NCBI GenBank assembly: GCA_963753345.1
Contig: CAVWBU010000049.1
Location: 128,001 to 192,000, forward strand
Origin: an uncultured Fibrobacterota bacterium
Lineage (GTDB): Bacteria; Fibrobacterota; Chitinivibrionia; Chitinivibrionales; FEN-1185
Direction of reading: 5' to 3'
Length of the DNA stretch: 64,000 nucleotides
The position numbers were made by a program, and so were the translations under genes. The notes beneath the pieces are model-generated. The model did no database searches. It had not been told where the DNA came from and saw only the letters and a list, made by a program, of their open reading frames with translations. Shown here in pieces: positions 56,859-64,000 of the stretch (positions are counted from its first letter, which is position 1; each line of letters starts with the position of its first letter).

Positions 56859-59687
56859 ATGTCAGGAAGAGTTTCATTGTTAATCGCTTTAGCGGTCTGC
56901 ATCTTCACACAAAACGGCCTTGCGGAAACATATCAGGGCGAACCCAGCAACCGGATCAAGATCAACCTCGGCGCGACGGCCTGGAAACTCATCAAATCCG
57001 ACGCGATCGGCGGGCAAACCCTGGCATACAACGATGCGTCCGGCGTAGACATCGGCGTGCCATACTGCATGGCCGAGAACGATGTATTTGTCAACAACAC
57101 CTCGGGTGGCGGCAATCTTACCGGCGGGCCCTATTGGTACCGCAAGAAGTTCAAACTTTCTCCGGCTTTTCAGGGCAAAAAGGTGTTTCTTGAAATCGAG
57201 GGAGCCCATCTCGGATGTCAGGTCTATTTCAACGAAACAATGATGCCCACCTCAAGCGCGGAAAATCCCCAGGCAACGCACGTCGTGGGTTTCATCGGGA
57301 CCATTCACGACGTGACCAGCCTGGCGAAATTCGACGGCTCGGACAATCTCGTGGCGATACGCGTGGGCATGGGGGGCGGATTTTTTGCCGATCCGGGTTT
57401 CTCGACCGTGTTCAGGTTCGGCCAGGGCGACGCGGGCGTTTTCAGGCCCGTGTGGCTGCACATCACCGACAATGTCCACGTGCCTTCGAACGTCTATTCG
57501 AACCTCAAACAGTGGGGCACCTACGTGGCAACCACATCGGTTGCGACTGACCTCTCCTCCGCCGTGGTGAGGGTCCTCACCAACGTGATGAACGAGAACG
57601 CAACCGACCAGACCGTCACGCTCACCACCAAGATCGTAGACGTATCGAACAATAATGTCGTGGCCTCCAAAGACGCGACCCATCTGATCCCCGCGGGCCA
57701 GACCTGGGAGTTCGACCAGGCCGACACCATCGCCAATCCCAAGCTGTGGTGGCCCAACAACAGCATTTACGGCAAGCCCAACATGCACACGGTGTACCAC
57801 ATTGTCAAGGTCGGCGGCGTGACCGTTGACGTGTTTACGAGCCCGCTGGGAATACGCACCATCACCTGGGACAAAAACTTTCCGTATATTAACGGCAAGG
57901 TTCACCACCTGTACGGCGGCGCGTCGCGCTACGACTATCCGGCGCTGGGCACCGGGCTTCCGCCCGGCATCGAATTCCGTGACGCCAAGCTGATGGCCGA
58001 CGTGGGCGGCAACCTCTGGCGGCCGGGCCATTCGTCGTGCTCGATCGGCTTCGTGAACGCGTGCGACGTCTACGGCATCATGCTCATCGACCCGAGCGGC
58101 GAGGGCGAGGGAGCGTTCGGCGGCTCGTCGCCTTCCGATGCCAAGGGCACCCTGAAATGCGAACTCCACCGCGACATGATCATCCGCGACCGGAACCATC
58201 CCTCGCTCCTTGCCTGGGAGGCATCCAATGGCGACATGGCGCAGGCCATGGCCGACTCGCTCCGAGGCCTGTCAAACGTGTGGGACTCGCTCAGTCCCCG
58301 GGCCCAGAACCTCCGGGGCGCTCCGTTTGAAGAAGGCTTCGACGATCTGCATTCCTGTACCTTGACAGGATGCGATGCCCAGCAGAAGCCGTTCCATCCG
58401 GACTGGCCCTGGTGGGGCGCCGAGTACTGGGGATCCCCCACGTCGCGCTTCGCATACGACTACCAGATCCAGTTTTCGGCGGGATTCCTGCACGACTGGG
58501 CCGGCGGCATCACGAACAACTGCTTCGGCATGGTGCAGTGGTATTTCGCGGAAACGCCCGGAGAGGTCCAGACGTTCCTCGGCGGCGGCGGAACGGCCCG
58601 CTCGTTCGGCTCCTCCATGTGCGATTTCAACCGCCTGCCGAAATTTCTCTATTATCAATACGGCGTGTGCTGGGTGCCTTACAGCCTGCAGCCGCGGATC
58701 GCCATCGCCAACCACTGGAACCGCTCCGGCGGCAGTGTGCGGGTCGACGTGTGGAGCAACTGTCCCAAGGTGCGTCTCAGCGTGAACGGGACCGCGGTCG
58801 CAACACAGGCGCCCAACGGCAGGCTTGGCGCGGCCGGCGGCATCAACGACGTGACCAACACCACCACGCAGCTGCCGTACCAGTGCACGTTCCAGAACGT
58901 GACGTGGGCAGCCGGGACGCTCAAGGCCGAGGGGCTTGACTCGACCGGAAATGTGGTCTGCACCGACCAGCAGATCACGGCAGGCACGGCCGACCACGTC
59001 GTGCTCTGGGTCGATACCAACATGCAGCGGCCCGGGCACGTCAAGATCCCCATCACCGCCAACGGCACCGACGTCGCGCTCATCAAGGCAACGGTTGTCG
59101 ACGCGAATGGAAACTGGTGCCCCACCGCGAGCGGGATCGTCTCGTGGCATGTGACCGGGCCGGCCACATACCGCGGCGGATCAGACCAGTTCGTGGGGCC
59201 GGGCGGCCTCGGGTACCACGCGCCGGGCGACACGAACCTCAACATCGAGGGCGGCATGGCCATGGTGGCGGTGCGGTCGCAGTTTACAACCGGCACCGTC
59301 ACGGTGGGCGCAACGGTTGCGGGACTGCCGAATCCCTCCGCATCGGTATCCTACGATATCACGCCCGTTCTCGACATCGTAAGAACCGATACGGTTCCTG
59401 TAACCGGCGTCAGGGTGGCGCCCGCGTATCGCACCATGCCCGCAGTGAAACTGGCAATGACCGGCAGGGTCCTGAAATATTATCTGAGTACGACAGCGGT
59501 CGTCGGGGTCGACATTATGAATGCATCGGGAAGACTGGTGCAGAAGATTCCAGCAACGAGGCAGATGGAAGGATGGCATCCGATAGGACTGACGGCGCGT
59601 CAGGTCCAGGGAAGTGGTATGCTGCTGTTCAGGTTTACGGTTGACGGAGTAGCGTTGAAGGTGAAGCAGTTTGTGGTTATGAGATGA
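56859..59687 (+). CDS. Secreted GH2-family glycoside hydrolase with C-terminal sorting-type domain
   Basis: WYRKKF, KVFLEIEGA, GVFRPVWL, PKLWWP, GIRTITW, RDRNHPSLLAWEASN and Ig-like C-terminal domains. Confidence 0.9.
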   Translation: MSGRVSLLIALAVCIFTQNGLAETYQGEPSNRIKINLGATAWKLIKSDAIGGQTLAYNDASGVDIGVPYCMAENDVFVNNTSGGGNLTGGPYWYRKKFKLSPAFQGKKVFLEIEGAHLGCQVYFNETMMPTSSAENPQATHVVGFIGTIHDVTSLAKFDGSDNLVAIRVGMGGGFFADPGFSTVFRFGQGDAGVFRPVWLHITDNVHVPSNVYSNLKQWGTYVATTSVATDLSSAVVRVLTNVMNENATDQTVTLTTKIVDVSNNNVVASKDATHLIPAGQTWEFDQADTIANPKLWWPNNSIYGKPNMHTVYHIVKVGGVTVDVFTSPLGIRTITWDKNFPYINGKVHHLYGGASRYDYPALGTGLPPGIEFRDAKLMADVGGNLWRPGHSSCSIGFVNACDVYGIMLIDPSGEGEGAFGGSSPSDAKGTLKCELHRDMIIRDRNHPSLLAWEASNGDMAQAMADSLRGLSNVWDSLSPRAQNLRGAPFEEGFDDLHSCTLTGCDAQQKPFHPDWPWWGAEYWGSPTSRFAYDYQIQFSAGFLHDWAGGITNNCFGMVQWYFAETPGEVQTFLGGGGTARSFGSSMCDFNRLPKFLYYQYGVCWVPYSLQPRIAIANHWNRSGGSVRVDVWSNCPKVRLSVNGTAVATQAPNGRLGAAGGINDVTNTTTQLPYQCTFQNVTWAAGTLKAEGLDSTGNVVCTDQQITAGTADHVVLWVDTNMQRPGHVKIPITANGTDVALIKATVVDANGNWCPTASGIVSWHVTGPATYRGGSDQFVGPGGLGYHAPGDTNLNIEGGMAMVAVRSQFTTGTVTVGATVAGLPNPSASVSYDITPVLDIVRTDTVPVTGVRVAPAYRTMPAVKLAMTGRVLKYYLSTTAVVGVDIMNASGRLVQKIPATRQMEGWHPIGLTARQVQGSGMLLFRFTVDGVALKVKQFVVMR

Positions 59688-59710
59688 TAGGGTGATGAGA
59701 TTAAAGGGTG

Positions 59711-59746
59711 AAATGCCGTGGGCGAAAGTCCGCGGCATTTTTTTAT
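59711..59746 (+). terminator. Intrinsic terminator after the GH2 gene
   Basis: AAATGCCGTGGGC-GAAA-GTCCGCGGCATTT followed by a T run. Confidence 0.85.
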
Positions 59747-59748
59747 TG

Positions 59749-59781
59749 TTGACTTGTGGCATAGGTGAGAATTAAGTTCCT
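59749..59781 (+). promoter_or_regulatory. Promoter-like element shared with 54343-54374
   Basis: TTGACT-18-TAAGTT, containing the identical 18-mer GGTGAGAATTAAGTTCCT. Confidence 0.6.
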
Positions 59782-59809
59782 CCTTGACAGTCAACAAAGG
59801 ATGGTTACG

Positions 59810-60493
59810 ATGAAGCCGCGTCTAATCTCCATAGCCCTTGGACTGTTTCTGCTTGTTCCCCCTGTTCATCTATTCGCGGCTGACACAATATCCTTATCCA
59901 TCGATGTTTTTACCTGCCAGACATCCGACCCGGGAGACTGCTCATATATCAAGTGGCAGAATCATCTTGCGGATACCTCCTGCGACAGCGTTCTGAAGCA
60001 CTACCCGCTGTATATTGTTAAATTCTATGCGCGTCCTGCCAGCGGGTATGCGCTCTCACCATCGATACATATCGGCGACTTTACAGTAGGGGAAACGGGA
60101 AGCTCCACTCTCGGCGGGACTTTCTTTATATTTTACAAAGTGTATACCGATTCTTTATTCAGATGTTTTGCCGGAAAGACGGTGTGGATTCTGCCGGCGT
60201 ATCCGCAGGATCCTGTGCAGAAGGGAATATTCCCGGATTCGATTGCACTTTCCCGCATTGATTCGTTGGTCGGTTGCGGGGTCCAATTTTTGCCGACCTA
60301 TTCCGAGGTTTTCGACAGTTCAACAGGAATCAGCAGCGGCAAACCCTCATTTCGAAATCGATTATCTTTCACGAATACCTGTGCTGCACAAAATCGTTTG
60401 GCGGAATTCAATCTTAGGGGACAGAGGACAGGGCATCCGGAAGTTTCTGGAGCGGTTATTTCCAAGGGCAGGGTGATGATGAACTGGCAATAG
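59810..60493 (+). CDS. Hypothetical secreted protein
   Basis: Signal peptide MKPRLISIALGLFLL..AA; C-terminal FNLRGQR motif resembling the sorting-type tails. Confidence 0.65.
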   Translation: MKPRLISIALGLFLLVPPVHLFAADTISLSIDVFTCQTSDPGDCSYIKWQNHLADTSCDSVLKHYPLYIVKFYARPASGYALSPSIHIGDFTVGETGSSTLGGTFFIFYKVYTDSLFRCFAGKTVWILPAYPQDPVQKGIFPDSIALSRIDSLVGCGVQFLPTYSEVFDSSTGISSGKPSFRNRLSFTNTCAAQNRLAEFNLRGQRTGHPEVSGAVISKGRVMMNWQ

Positions 60494-60580
60494 AGACTAT
60501 CGATACTCTTTAACATTATGAGCGCGGATATCCTCACCAATAGCATAAAAAGCTAAATCCTTCTTCTGTGCCATGATCAT

Positions 60581-60617
60581 CACTTCGACAAAGCTTGTCC
60601 TGTCGAAGTGCTCAGTG
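60581..60617. repeat. CTTCGACA-type palindromic repeat
   Basis: Perfect 10-bp inverted repeat CACTTCGACA/TGTCGAAGTG followed by CTCAGTG. Confidence 0.55.
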
Positions 60618-60946
60618 CAGGCCTTGATCGCGCTGCAAAGTCAACCCAATAATCCTTGCTCTCTGTCAATGGCTCCTTGAATAAGCTCCTTGGTCCTGTC
60701 TCTCATCAATCTATCTTTTTCCGCTTTGATGATTTTTCATTGCCGAAATTCTCCGGGTACAGCGCCGGCTCAATGACAATCCGCACGCACGGCGGGAGCC
60801 GCGCCACCGCATGCAACGAAGCCAAATCCTTTTCCTATGCCGCAATCGCTCTTGATCGTGCTGTAAATTCAATTTGCATGAGCGATTCAAAGCCATACGC
60901 GTGTCTTTAGGAGAGGGAACAGGATCCATCCACGGAGGGAAATGCC

Positions 60947-62017
60947 ATGAAAAGCCGGAAGACCGTCATTCTCATCGCCGTTCTCGGGCTCTGTTCGATC
61001 GGCTCAAGGCTTGACAGCGGGGGCACGTACAGTTCAGTCATCAATCCGGTGAACATTTACCTGTACGACACGCTCCTGCTCATTGCCGATTCCGTCGCGG
61101 GAATCCACGTGTATTCCGTCAAGAACAGCGCGGCGCCCGTATTCCGGATGCGCATCCCCCTCCGCGGCAACAGCGGCGTTGCAATGAAGGGCGACGTTGT
61201 CTTCGCCAATTCGTATGGGTCAATCCTTGCGATACGGCTCACGGGCCCGTCGACCTATGAAATTTCCTCGTACATAAAGCACGAGCCCGGATACTTCCCG
61301 CTCGACGACGGCACAGGCGGCCTGGGCTGCGGTTGCAGCGGTCCGGAGCAGCCCGTGGCGGCGGGAACGGAAGGGGTCGGCGGGTCGTATGCCCTGTTCG
61401 CCGTCATCGGTTCCTACCTTTATTATCTCGATGGAGCTAACGTTATCACGCTCGACATTTCGAACCCCGAAAGCCCGCAGCAGTTGTCCCAGACCTACAT
61501 CGACTGGACCGCCGAAACGCTGTTTCCGACCGACAAGTACCTGTTCGTGGGCGGTTCGAGCGGCATGTACGTGCTTGACAGAAGCAATCCGTCGAACCCC
61601 GTGCCCATCGGGACCACGTCGCATTTCCGGGCCTACGACCCGGTGGTGGCGCTCGATTCGGTCGCGTTTGTCACGCTGCGCACCGGCAACGACTACCAGG
61701 CAATGCAGGACGAGCTTCTCGCCGTGAGCCTGGATACCATAACCGCGCCTTCGGTCATTTCGGAGACGCCGGTCACCACGCCGTGGGGCCTTGCCCTGTC
61801 CGACTCGCTGCTGTACGTTGCGAAAGGCTACAACGGCTTCGCATTGTACAATGTAAAGGACCCGCGGAACGTTGCTTCGCTCGGCGACTGGGCAACGCCT
61901 TCGGTGAGGGACTTCATATGGGCGGGAACCAGGCTGTACGTGATGACGTTCGGGGAGATCATGATTTACGACGTGACGGACCCGAAGGGACCGGTGCTGC
62001 TATCGACGATACAATAA
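60947..62017 (+). CDS. LVIVD-repeat protein
   Basis: Repeats such as ITLDISNPESP, YVLDRSNPSNP, LYNVKDPRN, IYDVTDPKGP; GVGGSYALF. Confidence 0.85.
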   Translation: MKSRKTVILIAVLGLCSIGSRLDSGGTYSSVINPVNIYLYDTLLLIADSVAGIHVYSVKNSAAPVFRMRIPLRGNSGVAMKGDVVFANSYGSILAIRLTGPSTYEISSYIKHEPGYFPLDDGTGGLGCGCSGPEQPVAAGTEGVGGSYALFAVIGSYLYYLDGANVITLDISNPESPQQLSQTYIDWTAETLFPTDKYLFVGGSSGMYVLDRSNPSNPVPIGTTSHFRAYDPVVALDSVAFVTLRTGNDYQAMQDELLAVSLDTITAPSVISETPVTTPWGLALSDSLLYVAKGYNGFALYNVKDPRNVASLGDWATPSVRDFIWAGTRLYVMTFGEIMIYDVTDPKGPVLLSTIQ

Positions 62018-62219
62018 TTGAAGAGAATGGAGTGCAAATTACAAATTGAAAATTCCGGATTGATGGATGAACGACCGGAATGAGTTAATGCCTTTCCCTA
62101 AAGCACCTTGAGCATGTTTTGTCAGCCAAGAAGTACGCCTGACAAGATGTAAGTTTTAACAGTCCTCAATCCACGTTACAACTGCACACGAACTATCTCA
62201 ATTTTCTTTCGGGAGTTTT

Positions 62220-62390
62220 CGCGTTAGGCTGGACCGGAGGTCCCGCTGGAGCGGGATGCCGCCCGGACCCGCCTTTTGTAGAGACGCAGCGGCGCTGCGT
62301 CTCTACAAAAGGAATAGGGCCGTGGCGGCCCGAGGCCTGTGGCCGAGACCGGAGGGAGGGCCGCCACCGGCTTTAGCCGGTGGAACGCCC
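62220..62390 (+). repeat. Repeat family F1, copy D
   Basis: CGCGTTAGG..GGACCGGAGG-TCCCGC-TGGA-GCGGGA..GAGACCGGAGGG..GGAACGCCC; lies between convergent genes. Confidence 0.88.
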
Positions 62391-62405
62391 AGATTCAATT
62401 AGTAT

Positions 62406-63878
62406 CTATAACTTGTTTTCAATCGCCTTAATCACCGTCTTCATCGTTTTTATCCTCGCATAGTACTTGCTATTGGCCTCCACCACGGTCCACGGCGCGT
62501 TTTTCGTGCTTGTCCTGTATATCATTTCGTCAACCGCGGTTTTATACGCGCCCCACTTTTTCCTGTTGCGCCAGTCTTCATCCGTGATTTTCCACCGTTT
62601 CCACGACAGTTCCTCGCGCTGCTCGAACCGCTTCAGCTGTTCTTCCGGGCTGATGTGCAGCCAGAACTTGACAATCACCATGCCGAAGCTCGCGCAATCG
62701 GACTCGAACTCGCATATTTCCCTGTACGCGCGCTTCCATTCGGTTTCGCTGCAGAAGCCCTCGACGCGCTCCACCATCACGCGGCCGTACCACGACCTGT
62801 CGAAAATGGTGATGTGGCCGGCCTTGGGGACCTTCTGCCAGAAGCGCCAGAGAAAATGGTGCGCCTTTTCGACGTCGTTGGGCGGGCCCACGGGGACGAC
62901 TTCGTAGACGCGCGGGTCAAGGGCCTGCGCCAGTCGACGGATGTTGCCGCCCTTTCCCGCAGCGTCCCATCCCTCGTACACGATGAGCACGGGAATGCGC
63001 CTGACATAAATCTCGTTCTCCATTTCGCGCAGACGTTCCTGGTATTTTTTGAGGCTTGCTTCGTAGTTCTCCTTTGTCATGGAAGCGGAAAGGCCGACCC
63101 TGTCGAGAAGGGGTAGGACTTTGCCCGGCAGAACCGGCGGCCTGGCCCTATGGCCCGGTCTTGCTTTTTTTGCGCAGGCATCAGACAACACCGTAATGAG
63201 CGTCCTGGTGATTTTCACCGAGGCAAAACGGTGGTCGGTGGCCTCGATAACGGTCCACGGCGCGTTGGGGCGCGACGTATGCCCGAGCATGTCGTCAACG
63301 CATTTCTTGAGATGGTTGTAGTGCCGGTGCTGTTTCCAGTCGTCCCTTGACACCTTCCATGCCGTGGCGGGATCCTCCGCCAGCGCTTTGAAACGTTTCT
63401 TCTGCTCCTTCTTGCTGATATGCAGAAAGAATTTAACCATAATGGCGCCGTCGTCGGTCAGCTGGCGCTCAAACGACCGGATTTCCCGGAAGGTCCTGGT
63501 CCATTCCCCTTTGTCAGCGGTTCTTCCCGGCCGGTCGTGAAGCACGCCCCGGTACCAGCTCCGGTCGAAAATGGCGATGCGGCCGGCCGCGGGCAGCCTG
63601 AGCCAGAAGCGCCACAAAAACGGCCGCATATATTCCTCTTCGTCGGCGGCCCTGGTGAGATTGACGTTAAATCCGCGCGGGTCAAGCGCGAGCATGAGGT
63701 TGTTGATCTGCGTACCCTTGCCTGCCGCGCCCCATCCTTCGAACACGATGATGACCGGGATTCCCAGGTCACGCGCCTTGCGCTGCAATTCGCCTATTTT
63801 GAGCTGCATCGCAGGCATGATCGCCTTGTATTTGCGCTTGTCAATTTTTGTCGAAAGATCAAGCTTGTCCAGGTCCAT
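62406..63878 (-). CDS. ppk2: Two-domain polyphosphate kinase 2 (polyphosphate:AMP phosphotransferase)
   Basis: Two EGWxAAGKG Walker A motifs and two FDRSWY motifs; AGGAG RBS before the ATG at 63878. Confidence 0.93.
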   Translation of the reverse strand: MDLDKLDLSTKIDKRKYKAIMPAMQLKIGELQRKARDLGIPVIIVFEGWGAAGKGTQINNLMLALDPRGFNVNLTRAADEEEYMRPFLWRFWLRLPAAGRIAIFDRSWYRGVLHDRPGRTADKGEWTRTFREIRSFERQLTDDGAIMVKFFLHISKKEQKKRFKALAEDPATAWKVSRDDWKQHRHYNHLKKCVDDMLGHTSRPNAPWTVIEATDHRFASVKITRTLITVLSDACAKKARPGHRARPPVLPGKVLPLLDRVGLSASMTKENYEASLKKYQERLREMENEIYVRRIPVLIVYEGWDAAGKGGNIRRLAQALDPRVYEVVPVGPPNDVEKAHHFLWRFWQKVPKAGHITIFDRSWYGRVMVERVEGFCSETEWKRAYREICEFESDCASFGMVIVKFWLHISPEEQLKRFEQREELSWKRWKITDEDWRNRKKWGAYKTAVDEMIYRTSTKNAPWTVVEANSKYYARIKTMKTVIKAIENKL

Positions 63879-64000
63879 CGGCACACTCCTGTCTGGATGT
63901 GGAATCAACAGGTGTCTTTAATATTTATAGTATAAAACCCGGCAAAAACCAAGGAGTTTTGTGTTCTTTTGCAGGTCCGGTCCATGATATATTTTTAGAA

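Noticed and set aside
60656-60929. Short ORFs 60656-60910 and 60711-60929
   Set aside because: No RBS or recognisable motif; likely intergenic sequence
1641-62390. GTTAGG/CCTAAC in F1 copies as integron attC sites
   Set aside because: No integrase, no cassette array, no paired RYYYAAC...GTTRRRY ends; copies are dispersed among core genes

Overview
GC-rich bacterial chromosomal window. The gene content and the many secreted proteins with a C-terminal sorting-type domain suggest an FCB-group organism, possibly Fibrobacterota (inference only). It contains lepA (partial), a MurC-paralog/L,D-transpeptidase pair, a LOG-family gene, a divergent Tex-like gene and an argS-rsfS-panD minus-strand block. 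An atypical dcw cluster follows: mraZ-rsmH-ftsL-ftsI-small ORF-murE-[murF-murD fusion]-ftsW-murG-murC-ftsQ-ftsA-ftsZ, with no mraY, murB or ddl. An accessory region carries secreted glycoside hydrolases (tandem GH3, GH74-like, GH2), a low-GC type II R-M pair, lipid-related genes, lspA, an RluA-family synthase, a MutY-like gene and ppk2. I recognised no tRNA, rRNA, CRISPR array or transposase. The most striking non-genic signals are: (1) two families of structured intergenic repeats (F1, 5 copies; F2, 4 copies) with compensatory base changes, which recur in a fixed composite layout with GTTGAG-type microsatellite tracts and an exactly spaced TGGCGC-N12-TTGACW-N17-CGCGCGTTAGG motif; (2) a tandem pair of NrdR-like boxes upstream of the dcw operon; (3) an unannotated 20-aa Lys/Arg-rich peptide gene with its own promoter, structured leader and terminator. 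Four single-base insertions (murG, GH74 twice, mutY) may be assembly errors.
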